NCBI RefSeq assembly: GCF_001457615.1
Contig: NZ_LN831024.1
Location: 1,710,001-1,742,000 of the forward strand
Source of the DNA: Pseudomonas aeruginosa
GTDB taxonomy: Bacteria; Pseudomonadota; Gammaproteobacteria; Pseudomonadales; Pseudomonadaceae
Direction of reading: 5' to 3'
Length of the DNA stretch: 32,000 nucleotides
Numbering within the stretch: the first letter of the stretch is position 1; each line of letters opens with the position of its first letter. Under the pieces are notes generated by a model that was given only the letters and a program-made list of their open reading frames with translations, was not told the DNA's origin and ran no database searches. This document shows, one piece after another, positions 21,647-32,000 of the stretch. The translations under genes and the position numbers were made by a program.

Positions 21647-22579
21647 ATGGCCGGTGTTTTGGATTCAGTCAACCAGCGTACGCAGTTGGTCGGACAGAAC
21701 CGTCTGGAGCTGCTTCTGTTCCGCCTGGACGGCAACCAGCTCTACGGCATCAACGTGTTCAAGGTGAAAGAGGTGTTGCAGTGCCCGCGCCTGACGGTGA
21801 TGCCCAAGTCCAGCCCGGTGGTGCGCGGGGTGGCGAACATCCGCGGAGGCACCATTCCGATCCTCGACCTGGCGCTGGCCACCGGCCGCCGCGGGTTGCA
21901 GGACCTGACCAACAGCTTCGCGATCATCACCGAGTACAACACCAAGGTGCAGGGCTTCCTGGTGCGCTCGGTGGAGCGCATCGTCAACATGAACTGGGAA
22001 GAGATCCATCCGCCACCCAAGGGCGCCGGCCGCGAGCATTACCTGACCGCGGTGACCCGGGTGGACAAGCAGTTGGTGGAAATCATCGACGTGGAAAAAG
22101 TGCTCGCGGAGGTCGCACCGACGTCCGAGGAAGTGTCCCACGGAGTGGTGGACGCCGAGACCCAGAGCCGCGCGGTGACCAAGCGGGTGCTGGTGGTGGA
22201 CGATTCGTCGGTGGCGCGCAAGCAGGTAATCCGTTGCCTGGAGGCGGTCGGCGTGGAAATGACCGCGCTCAACGACGGGCGCCAGGCCCTGGAGTACCTG
22301 CAGAACATGCTCTCCGAGGGACGGCGTCCGGAAGACGAGCTGCTGATGCTGATCTCCGACATCGAAATGCCGGAAATGGACGGTTATACCCTGACGGCGG
22401 AAATCCGTAGCGATCCCCGCCTGCAGAAACTGCACATTCTCTTGCATACTTCGTTGTCCGGGGTCTTCAACCAGGCGATGGTGAAGAAGGTCGGTGCGGA
22501 CGACTTCCTCGCCAAGTTCCGTCCGGACGATCTGGCGGCGCGGGTGGTGGAGCGGATCAAGGCGGTGGACGCGGGCTGA
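21647..22579 (+). CDS. cheV: chemotaxis protein CheV (CheW domain plus receiver)
   Basis: MAGVLDSVNQRTQLVGQNRLELLLFRLDGNQLYGINVFKVKEVLQCPRL (CheW-like) then VLVVDDSSVARKQ...LISDIEMPEMDGYTLT (REC). Confidence 0.93.
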   Translation: MAGVLDSVNQRTQLVGQNRLELLLFRLDGNQLYGINVFKVKEVLQCPRLTVMPKSSPVVRGVANIRGGTIPILDLALATGRRGLQDLTNSFAIITEYNTKVQGFLVRSVERIVNMNWEEIHPPPKGAGREHYLTAVTRVDKQLVEIIDVEKVLAEVAPTSEEVSHGVVDAETQSRAVTKRVLVVDDSSVARKQVIRCLEAVGVEMTALNDGRQALEYLQNMLSEGRRPEDELLMLISDIEMPEMDGYTLTAEIRSDPRLQKLHILLHTSLSGVFNQAMVKKVGADDFLAKFRPDDLAARVVERIKAVDAG

Positions 22580-22655
22580 GCGATCGGCCCTCGACAACAA
22601 TGTGAATACGGGCGACCGGCTGCGTTCCGGTCGCCCAGGGCGAAGAGGCTTATGC

Positions 22656-23480
22656 GTGTCGGCAGCTAATGCGGATTTCGAGTTGTTCAGGGTCTTCCTC
22701 GAGAAGACCTGCGGCATTGTGCTGGGCAGCAACAAGCAGTACCTGGTCTCAAGCCGGCTGAACAAGCTGATGGAGCAGCAGGGCATCAAGAGCCTGGGAG
22801 AGCTGGTGCAGCGCATCCAGACCCAGCGCGGCGGCCTGCGCGAGATGGTGGTGGACGCGATGACCACCAACGAGACCCTGTGGTTTCGCGATACCTACCC
22901 GTTCGAGGTGCTCAAGCAGCGGGTTCTTCCCGAACTGATCAAGGCCAACGGCGGGCAGCGCCTGCGGATCTGGTCGGCGGCCTGTTCGTCAGGCCAGGAG
23001 CCGTACTCGCTGTCGATGGCCATCGACGAGTTCGAGAAGACCAACCTGGGGCAGTTGAAGGCGGGCGTGCAGATCGTCGCCACCGACCTGTCGGGGTCGA
23101 TGCTCACCGCCGCCAAGGCCGGCGAATACGACACCCTGGCGATGGGCCGCGGTCTGTCCCCGGAGCGTCTGCAACGCTATTTCGACGCCAAGGGACCGGG
23201 GCGCTGGGCGGTCAAGCCGGCGATCCGCAGCCGCGTCGAGTTCCGTGCCCTGAACCTGCTGGACAGCTACGCCAGCCTCGGCAAGTTCGACATGGTGTTC
23301 TGCCGCAACGTGCTGATCTATTTCTCCGCCGAGGTGAAGCGCGACATCCTGCTGCGCATCCATGGCACGCTCAAGCCTGGCGGCTACCTGTTCCTCGGCG
23401 CCTCCGAGGCGTTGAACAACCTGCCCGACCACTACCAGATGGTGCAGTGCAGCCCGGGCATCATCTACCGGGCCAAGTAG
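22656..23480 (+). CDS. cheR1: CheR-type chemoreceptor methyltransferase (GTG start)
   Basis: 274-aa VSAANADFELFRVFLEKTCGIVLGSNKQYLVSSRLNKL...RIWSAACSSGQEPYSLSM...MVFCRNVLIYFS. Confidence 0.94.
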   Translation: MSAANADFELFRVFLEKTCGIVLGSNKQYLVSSRLNKLMEQQGIKSLGELVQRIQTQRGGLREMVVDAMTTNETLWFRDTYPFEVLKQRVLPELIKANGGQRLRIWSAACSSGQEPYSLSMAIDEFEKTNLGQLKAGVQIVATDLSGSMLTAAKAGEYDTLAMGRGLSPERLQRYFDAKGPGRWAVKPAIRSRVEFRALNLLDSYASLGKFDMVFCRNVLIYFSAEVKRDILLRIHGTLKPGGYLFLGASEALNNLPDHYQMVQCSPGIIYRAK

Positions 23481-23487
23481 CGCAAGG

Positions 23488-23546
23488 AAGCGGACCCGCG
23501 CCAGGTTGCGCCGGGGGTGACCTGGCAGCCTGGCGCGGGTCCGCTT
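23488..23546. terminator. 18-bp perfect inverted repeat downstream of cheR1 (possible terminator or structured element)
   Basis: AAGCGGACCCGCGCCAGG (23488-23505) and CCTGGCGCGGGTCCGCTT (23529-23546), 23-nt loop, no T tract. Confidence 0.55.
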
Positions 23547-23794
23547 GGGACGGGCAGGTGGGACGAGACTTTCGCCCACTGCCCAGGCTCCGAGCGCCAC
23601 GCGCGGCGGCGCCGTCGCAGCCCGCTCGGCACAGGACGGCTGGCTCGGAGCGGGGCAGTTTAGGACTGCGCGATCTAGTTGTATTGACAGATATTTCTGA
23701 TAGTCAGGTGATCTGGCAAGTTGCCGCTTTGCCGGGGAACTGCTTACATGATTCAAGCCTTCCCTCGATCCGCCACGCCTACCAGGAGACTTCC

Positions 23795-24100
23795 ATGGCC
23801 ATCACTGCGCTGCCCTCGGCCGATGGGCAAGAGTTGACCATCCAGATCCAGGGGCGCTTCGACTTCGGGGCCCATCAGGATTTCCGCGATGCCTACGAGC
23901 GGGTCGCGATCACTCCGCGACGCTATGTCGTCGACCTGCGCAACGCCACCTACCTGGACAGCTCGGCCCTCGGCATGCTCCTGCTGCTGCGCGACCACGC
24001 CGGCGGCGAGAACGCGCAGATAAGCCTGGCGAACTGTAGCCCGGAAGTGCGCAAGATCCTCGCCATCTCCAACTTCGAGCAGTTGTTCAAGATCAGCTGA
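23795..24100 (+). CDS. hsbA: STAS-domain anti-sigma-factor antagonist HsbA
   Basis: 101-aa MAITALPSADGQELTIQIQGRFDFGAHQDFRDAYERV...VVDLRNATYLDSSALGMLLLLRDHA, with a DSSALGML STAS phosphorylation site. Confidence 0.93.
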   Translation: MAITALPSADGQELTIQIQGRFDFGAHQDFRDAYERVAITPRRYVVDLRNATYLDSSALGMLLLLRDHAGGENAQISLANCSPEVRKILAISNFEQLFKIS

Positions 24101-24101
24101 A

Positions 24102-25817
24102 ATGAATCCCCCGGCGGCGCGGATCGAGAGCCTGACGATTCTCATCGCCGAGGACAACGCGGCCGACCGCCTGCTGCTGTCGACCATCGTGAGCCGCCAG
24201 GGGCATCGCGTGCTGACCGCCGGCAACGGCCTGGAGGCGGTGGCGCTGTTCGAGACCGAGCGGCCGCAACTGGTCCTGATGGACGTGATGATGCCGGTGA
24301 TGGATGGCTTCGAGGCTGCCCGGCGGATCAAGCAGCAGGCCGGCGAGGAGTTGGTGCCGATCATCTTCCTCACCTCCCTCAGCGAAACCGAGGCGCTGGT
24401 GCAGAGCCTGGAGGCGGGCGGCGACGACTTCCTCTCCAAGCCGTACAACCGGGTGATCCTCGAAGCCAAGATCAACGCCATGGGACGCCTGCACCTGCTG
24501 CAACGAACGGTGCTGGAGCAGCGCGACCTGATCGTCCGGCACAACGAGCACCTGCTCAACGAACAGCGGGTGGCCAAGGCGGTGTTCGACAAGGTGGCCC
24601 ATTCCGGCTGCCTGAACGCCAGCAACGTGCGCTACCTGCAATCGCCCCTCGCGCTGTTCAACGGCGACCTGCTGCTGGCCGCCTACAAGCCGTCCGGCGG
24701 CATGCACGTGCTGCTCGGCGACTTCACCGGCCACGGCCTGCCGGCGGCGATCGGCGCGATGCCGCTGGCCGAGGTGTTCTACGGGATGACCGCCAAGGGC
24801 TATCCGATGGCCGACATCCTCCGCGAGATGAACGCCAAGCTGAAGCGCATCCTGCCGGTCGGCGTGTTCTGCTGCGCCACCTTGCTCAACCTGAGCTTCC
24901 AGCGCGAACTGGTGGAGGTCTGGAACGGCGGCTTGCCGGACGGCTACCTGCTGCGCGCCGCCAGCGGCGAGCGGGTCGCCCTGGTGTCCCGCCACCTGCC
25001 GCTGGGAATCCTCGAACCGGCGGCGTTCAGCGACCGTTGCGAAACCTATCCGCTGGATATCGAAGATCGGATATTCCTGTTTTCCGACGGGGTCCTCGAG
25101 GCCAGCAACAAGGCTGGCGAGATGTTCGGCGAGGCGCGGCTGCTCCAGCTGTTCGAGCGCAATCGCCAGCCGTCCGCGCTGTTCGACGAGATCCAGCGCA
25201 GCCTGGCGCAGTTCCGCGGCGCGGTGCAGGACGACGTGAGCATGCTCGAAGTGCGGCTGCAGCCGGATAGCGGCCTGCAATGCCCGCCGCTGGCGTTTTC
25301 CGATAGCGGCGTGAGCAGTCCGCTGGACTGGTCGGTGAGCTTCGAATTCCGCGCCGAAACCCTCAAGCATTTCAACCCGCTGCCCCATGTGCTGCAACTG
25401 CTGCTCGAGGTCCACGACCTGCGCGCGCGCGGCGGCGCGCTGTATACGGTACTCGCCGAACTCTATTCGAACGCCCTGGAACATGGCGTCATCGGCCTCG
25501 ATTCGACGATGAAGAGCGACGCGGCGGGATTCGCCCGCTATTACCAGGAGCGGGTCAGCCGCCTGCAGGCCTTGCGCGACGGCTACGTGCGACTGCACCT
25601 GGACCTGGCGCCGCATGGCGCGGGGGGGCGTCTGCTGGTGCGGGTCGAGGACAGCGGCGAAGGTTTCGACGTGGAGCGCGCGCTGAATGCTGTGGAGCGC
25701 CAGGAACGCCTCTGCGGCAGGGGTTTGCGCCTGATCCGCGAATTGTCCGATCGTTGCCAGTGGTCGGCCGACGGAAAGGTGGTGTCCGTGGAGTTTTTCT
25801 GGTCGCCTCAGGCATAA
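24102..25817 (+). CDS. hsbR: response regulator with PP2C-type phosphatase and HATPase (anti-sigma kinase) domains, HsbR
   Basis: REC (TILIAEDNAADRLLL...VLMDVMMPVMDGFEAA...FLSKPYN) plus SpoIIE-like (LLLAAYKPSGGMHVLLGDFTGHGLPAAIGAMPLAEVF) plus HATPase (LYSNALEHGVIGLD...GGRLLVRVEDSGEGF). Confidence 0.93.
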   Translation: MNPPAARIESLTILIAEDNAADRLLLSTIVSRQGHRVLTAGNGLEAVALFETERPQLVLMDVMMPVMDGFEAARRIKQQAGEELVPIIFLTSLSETEALVQSLEAGGDDFLSKPYNRVILEAKINAMGRLHLLQRTVLEQRDLIVRHNEHLLNEQRVAKAVFDKVAHSGCLNASNVRYLQSPLALFNGDLLLAAYKPSGGMHVLLGDFTGHGLPAAIGAMPLAEVFYGMTAKGYPMADILREMNAKLKRILPVGVFCCATLLNLSFQRELVEVWNGGLPDGYLLRAASGERVALVSRHLPLGILEPAAFSDRCETYPLDIEDRIFLFSDGVLEASNKAGEMFGEARLLQLFERNRQPSALFDEIQRSLAQFRGAVQDDVSMLEVRLQPDSGLQCPPLAFSDSGVSSPLDWSVSFEFRAETLKHFNPLPHVLQLLLEVHDLRARGGALYTVLAELYSNALEHGVIGLDSTMKSDAAGFARYYQERVSRLQALRDGYVRLHLDLAPHGAGGRLLVRVEDSGEGFDVERALNAVERQERLCGRGLRLIRELSDRCQWSADGKVVSVEFFWSPQA

Positions 25818-25882
25818 TCGCGCTTTCGTCGCGGTGCTCCTAATGGGTAGGGCATCGGAAGTCGACTTCAGGGAGCGATCGA

Positions 25883-26233
25883 ATGTCCGCGCCGCATCTC
25901 GATGATCGTGTTCTGGCTTCGCTGCAGGAGGTCATGGAGGACGAATATCCGGTCCTGCTGGATACCTTCGTGCTCGACTCCGAGGAGCGCCTGCGCAGCC
26001 TGCATGCCGCCCTTCAGGCCGGCGATGCCCAGGCTTTGCGGCATACCGCACACAGCTTCAAGGGAGGCAGCAGCAACATGGGCGCGGTACTCCTCGCCGG
26101 CTACTGCAAGGAGCTGGAGGAAAGCGCCAGGCGCGGCGACCTGCAACGGGCGCCGGCGCTGATCGAACAGATGGAGCGCGAATTCGCCATCGTCCGCATC
26201 CTTTTCAAACAGGAACGTCAGCGCTATCGCTGA
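25883..26233 (+). CDS. hptB: histidine phosphotransfer protein HptB
   Basis: 116-aa with [34 protein letters not shown] Hpt motif. Confidence 0.94.
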   Translation: MSAPHLDDRVLASLQEVMEDEYPVLLDTFVLDSEERLRSLHAALQAGDAQALRHTAHSFKGGSSNMGAVLLAGYCKELEESARRGDLQRAPALIEQMEREFAIVRILFKQERQRYR

Positions 26234-26316
26234 GGTTTTCGTCCTTTCCGGCGACAAGGTACCGGCCCGATCGAGCCTCCCTGGCGTATAATGCGCCGCT
26301 CGATTTGGAGTCCTTC

Positions 26317-28455
<2,139 letters not shown>

Positions 28456-28549
28456 TATGGCCATTTGCCGGTATTTTCTGACGCCAATCTTGTGACGTCC
28501 TTCGCAAGCGTCTACTGTGACGCCAAGCCCTCCAAGAGAAGAGGTGTGC

Positions 28550-29713
28550 GTGACACAGAAGGACCGGTTGGACGACTCCCGTTCCAACCTCTATGCCGAC
28601 CAATTGAACCGCGGTTTCCGCGGTCTGCGTTTCCTTCCCGAACTGGAGCGTGACTACCGGCGCTACATGCTGGAGGACAGCTTCGCGCTGAAACGCATCG
28701 CCCTCAGCGTCGGCATGCTCGTCTGGCTGGCGTTCATCGGCATCGACCTGCTGATCCTCGCTGGTCCCCCGCTGTGGGGCGTACTGGCGGTGCGCCTTGG
28801 CGTGCTGGTCCTGCTACTGGTCTGCGGCTGCCTGATCATGCTGCGCCGGCACATCCAGCTGATGGTGCCGCTGAGCATCGCCTGCGTCCTCGCCCTTGGC
28901 GTCGGTGCGGCGGCGGTGGTCGGCCTGGCGCATCGGGCGGATCCCGGCTATCCCTACGAAGGCCTGCTGCTGGTCAGTTTCGCCGCCTATTTCCTCGCCG
29001 GCCTGCGGTTGTCGCAGGCATTGAGCTGTGCGTTGGTCGTGCTGCTCGCCTACCTGGGTTTCGAGTGGTGGGCGGGTACCCAGGAGCCGCTGGGCAACAA
29101 CCTGCTGTTCCTGCTGTTCGGTAACCTGATCGGCGCGGTCGGCTGCTACCTGCTGGAGTTCAAGTCGCGCGAGCATTTCCTCATCAGCCGCCTGTTGCGG
29201 GTGATGGCCGACCACGACAGCCTGACCGGCCTGCACAACCGGCGCAGCTTCAACCAGCACCTCGACCGCCTCTGGCGCCAGGCCCAGCGCGAACAGAAGA
29301 CCCTGGCGCTGCTGCTTTGCGACGTCGACCATTTCAAGGCCTATAACGACCGCTACGGACACCAGGCTGGCGATGCGGTCCTGCAGCGCATCGGCGCGGT
29401 GTTCGAGGCGAATGCCAGGCGTCCGCTGGACATGGCGGTGCGCCTGGGCGGCGAAGAGTTCGCCCTGTTGCTGTACGGCGCCAACGAGCACGAGGCGAGG
29501 CTGCGCGCGGAAGCGCTGCGCGCACAGGTCCAGGCGCTGCGCATGGAGCACGAGGCGTCGGACACGGCGCGCGAAGTGACCCTGTCGGTCGGCGTGTCCT
29601 GCCTGTGGCCGACCCCGGGCAACGACCTGAAGCGTCTCTACGATCTCTACGAGCATGCCGATCGCGCGCTTTACGAAGCCAAGGCGTTCGGCCGTAACCA
29701 GGTGGTGGCCTGA
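28550..29713 (+). CDS. hsbD: membrane diguanylate cyclase (GGDEF variant GGEEF), HsbD-like
   Basis: N-terminal TM region then DHDSLTGLHNRRSFNQHLDRL...LLCDVDHFKAYNDRYGHQAGDAVLQRIG...VRLGGEEFALLLYG. Start taken as GTG at 28550 after AAGAGAAGAGG; ORF track gives 28517. Confidence 0.88.
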   Translation: MTQKDRLDDSRSNLYADQLNRGFRGLRFLPELERDYRRYMLEDSFALKRIALSVGMLVWLAFIGIDLLILAGPPLWGVLAVRLGVLVLLLVCGCLIMLRRHIQLMVPLSIACVLALGVGAAAVVGLAHRADPGYPYEGLLLVSFAAYFLAGLRLSQALSCALVVLLAYLGFEWWAGTQEPLGNNLLFLLFGNLIGAVGCYLLEFKSREHFLISRLLRVMADHDSLTGLHNRRSFNQHLDRLWRQAQREQKTLALLLCDVDHFKAYNDRYGHQAGDAVLQRIGAVFEANARRPLDMAVRLGGEEFALLLYGANEHEARLRAEALRAQVQALRMEHEASDTAREVTLSVGVSCLWPTPGNDLKRLYDLYEHADRALYEAKAFGRNQVVA

Positions 29714-29863
29714 GTCCATGGCCGATTTTGTCCCTGTGGCTGGCGCCGCCGGTGACTGCGTGACGAGGCGGCGAATGCTAGGTTCGACAGGAAAAAATGC
29801 CAGGCACGGCCGCTCTTCGCAGAGCTGCCGGCCCCACCGCGAGACGACTTCCGGACGGACCCC

Positions 29864-30880
29864 ATGCAGCGCTTGATCCAGGCCAACGGCCAACCGCACT
29901 ACGGCATCTTCCCGAGTGCCCCGCAGCACATCAATTACCGCGATTTCGACTTCCGTTCGCCGATGGGCCGGCGCGTGGGGGCCCTGGGAAAATGGCGACG
30001 CTTCCATCAGTTCCAGTACTTCGGCCTGATCAGCCCGGAGCTGATCGGCGGCTGCGCCCTGGCCCAGCTGAGCTTGCTTGGCGTCGGCTTCGTCTACCTC
30101 TACCAGCCTTCCAGCGGACGCATGCTGGAGCGGCGCTTCAAGCTGCCGCTGGGGTTCGGAACCCGGTTTTCCCAGACCCCGGACGACGGCGTCTGCGAAC
30201 TGCGCCAGGGGCGCAACCTGCTACGCCTGGAGAACCGTATGGCTCACCGGGAGAAACGCCTGCTGGTGGAACTCGACGATGGCACCCGCATCGACGCCTG
30301 CTTCAGCGAGGAGGCGCCGAGCTTCCAGCCGATGTGCCTATGTACGCCGACCGCGGTGAACGGCTGGGTCTACGCGCAGAAGGTGGCCGGCGTGCGCTGT
30401 CGCGGCGACGTGCGCAGCGCCCTCGGCGACCACGACCTGCAGGCGCTGGACGCCTTCGCCCATCACGACTGGTCGGCGGGCTACATGCGCCCGGAAACCT
30501 TCTGGAACTGGGCTTGCCTGTCCGGCGAGGCGGACGGCTTGCGGGTCGGCCTGAACCTGTCGTGCGGAGTCAACGAGACCAGCTTCACCGAGAACTGCTA
30601 CTGGCTGGACGGCGAACTGCTGAAGGTCGACAGCGTGCGCTTCGACTTCGACCGCGACCAGCCGCTGCGGCCCTGGACCATCCGTTCATACGATGGCCAG
30701 GTGGAGCTGCGCTTCGAGGCTCACGGCATGCATCAGGAGCGGCTGAACCTCGGTCTGCTGGCGAGCAACTTCAAGCAGATATTCGGTTGTTTCAGCGGTG
30801 TGCTGCGTCCGCGAGGTCGTGCCGAGGTGAGGATCGAGCGGCTCTGGGGCTTCGTCGAGGACCAGTACGCGAAGTGGTAG
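29864..30880 (+). CDS. DUF2804-family protein
   Basis: 338-aa MQRLIQANGQPHYGIFPSAPQHINYRDFDF...; the FNWACLSG/GLNLSCGVNETSFTENCYWLDG region resembles DUF2804. Confidence 0.7.
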   Translation: MQRLIQANGQPHYGIFPSAPQHINYRDFDFRSPMGRRVGALGKWRRFHQFQYFGLISPELIGGCALAQLSLLGVGFVYLYQPSSGRMLERRFKLPLGFGTRFSQTPDDGVCELRQGRNLLRLENRMAHREKRLLVELDDGTRIDACFSEEAPSFQPMCLCTPTAVNGWVYAQKVAGVRCRGDVRSALGDHDLQALDAFAHHDWSAGYMRPETFWNWACLSGEADGLRVGLNLSCGVNETSFTENCYWLDGELLKVDSVRFDFDRDQPLRPWTIRSYDGQVELRFEAHGMHQERLNLGLLASNFKQIFGCFSGVLRPRGRAEVRIERLWGFVEDQYAKW

Positions 30881-30954
30881 ACAGGGCCTGGCCTGGGCAT
30901 ATCGTGCGACAATTTGTCATTGTACGGGGGGGAATTGGACGGGCATTATTAGCC

Positions 30955-30969
30955 GACTAATAATTAGTC
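30955..30969. promoter_or_regulatory. candidate MarR-family operator (GACTAATAATTAGTC)
   Basis: Perfect 7-1-7 palindrome 28 nt upstream of the MarR-like ATG, in a locally AT-rich promoter region. Confidence 0.55.
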
Positions 30970-30997
30970 AAATGAAATATCGGACCTCCTTTTTCCT

Positions 30998-31432
30998 ATG
31001 GCTCAGACAGACAAGCACTATTTCGGCACCTTGCTAGCCCAGACTTCCCGTGCTTGGCGCGCTGAACTCGACCGCCGCCTCAGTCACCTCGGCCTGTCCC
31101 AGGCGCGCTGGTTGGTGTTGTTGCATCTGGCGCGCCATCGCGATTCGCCCACCCAGCGCGAGTTGGCCCAATCGGTCGGGGTCGAAGGCCCGACCCTGGC
31201 GCGGCTGCTCGACGGCCTCGAGTCCCAGGGCCTGGTACGGCGCCTGGCGGTGGCGGAGGACCGGCGGGCCAAGCACATCGTGCTGACTCCCAAGGCCGAT
31301 GTGCTGATCGCCGATATCGAGGCCATCGCCGCCAGCGTTCGCAACGACGTACTGACCGGCATCGACGAGTCCGAGCAGGCGCTGTGCCAGCAGGTGCTCT
31401 TGCGAATCCTGGCGAACCTGGAAAAGCGCTGA
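30998..31432 (+). CDS. MarR-family transcriptional regulator
   Basis: 144-aa with winged-helix segment SPTQRELAQSVGVEGPTLARLLDGLESQGLVRRLAVAEDRRAKHIVLTPKA. Confidence 0.93.
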   Translation: MAQTDKHYFGTLLAQTSRAWRAELDRRLSHLGLSQARWLVLLHLARHRDSPTQRELAQSVGVEGPTLARLLDGLESQGLVRRLAVAEDRRAKHIVLTPKADVLIADIEAIAASVRNDVLTGIDESEQALCQQVLLRILANLEKR

Positions 31433-31485
31433 GCACTGCGTCACGAAATTCCGCTAGAATCGCCATTTTTATGGCATCACCTCCT

Positions 31486-31505
31486 GGGCTTTCGTCCGAA
31501 AGCCC
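31486..31505. terminator. hairpin GGGCTTTCG-TC-CGAAAGCCC, possible terminator of the marR-like gene
   Basis: 9-bp perfect arms with 2-nt apex (effective 8 bp with a 4-nt loop); not directly followed by a T run. Confidence 0.4.
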
Positions 31506-31708
31506 TCTACAGAGGTTTTCGTCGGTTTTCTGACGAAAAATCTTGACCGTTTCCACGGCATTCCTCTATTCAGTGATGGCAAAAAGCCATGTCTTGCGCC
31601 ATGTGGTGCGTTCAGCCCTGTACGGGGCGAAATTCGGGCTAACGTGAAATAGATGTAGCAGTCGACCGCTGGCCGGCTGTGTGCTCGAAGTGCGGAGAAA
31701 AGAACGGA

Positions 31709-32000
31709 ATGCCCGGTAAAGCCTTGCGTGTCATGTTGTGTGCCTGGTCGTGCCTGTTGGCCGGGCAGGCGAGCGCCCTGGGAGTGGGAGACATCACCCT
31801 GCATTCGGCGCTCAACCAGCCGCTGGATGCGGATATCGAACTGCTCGACGTCGGCGATCTCGGCGCGGACGAGATCGAGGTCCGCCTGGCGGGCGCCGAC
31901 GTCTTCGCCGCGGCCGGGGTGGAACGCTTGCAGTTCCTCAACGAGCTGCGTTTCAGTCCGGTGCTCCAGGGGCGCGGTGGCAATCGCATCCATGTGTCCT
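31709..32000 (+). CDS. FimV-family (LysM-type peptidoglycan-binding) protein, N-terminal part; continues beyond the window
   Basis: MPGKALRVMLCAWSCLLAGQASALGVGDITLHSALNQPLDADIELLDVGDLGADEIEVRLAGADVFAAAGVERLQFLNELRFSPVL... shows a signal peptide and the FimV N-terminal pattern. Confidence 0.85.
   Translation, partial: MPGKALRVMLCAWSCLLAGQASALGVGDITLHSALNQPLDADIELLDVGDLGADEIEVRLAGADVFAAAGVERLQFLNELRFSPVLQGRGGNRIHVS

Noticed and set aside
24093-25616. 507-aa minus ORF antisense to hsbR
   Set aside because: Antisense shadow of the REC-PP2C-HATPase gene; no domain-like motifs.
23795-26233. hsbA-hsbR-hptB as an undescribed partner-switching system
   Set aside because: This is the described HptB/HsbR/HsbA pathway controlling flagellar/biofilm output in P. 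aeruginosa, here with its expected neighbours.

Overview
This window is from a Pseudomonas aeruginosa-type chromosome. About 27 kb (roughly 5.3-32 kb) is conserved, recognisable core. In order it carries amiE-amiB-amiC-amiR-amiS, lecB (minus), HlyD-like and DUF2955/FUSC-like genes, an EamA transporter, dsdA, a glutamine-synthetase-like gene (pauA5-type), an MFS transporter, a DUF2064-type protein, flgZ-like/flgN/flgM/flgA (minus), cheV, cheR, hsbA, hsbR, hptB, recQ, a GGDEF gene (hsbD-like), a DUF2804-like gene, a MarR regulator and the start of a FimV-like protein. The first ~5.3 kb is a patchy accessory region. It contains the 3' part of an Rhs/YD-repeat polymorphic toxin with an AT-richer, uncharacterised 134-aa Cys/His-containing tip and a small putative immunity ORF. 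It also contains a tRNA-Arg(CCT)-like sequence whose 5' acceptor strand does not pair, a non-autonomous MITE-like element with ~34-bp terminal inverted repeats that truncates a small Cys-rich protein gene, and an isolated Wzy-like multi-membrane polymerase gene. The best leads for something under-described are the Rhs tip/immunity pair, the tRNA/MITE/direct-repeat junction and the orphan Wzy-like gene. I do not see a clearly novel multi-gene defence or other system.
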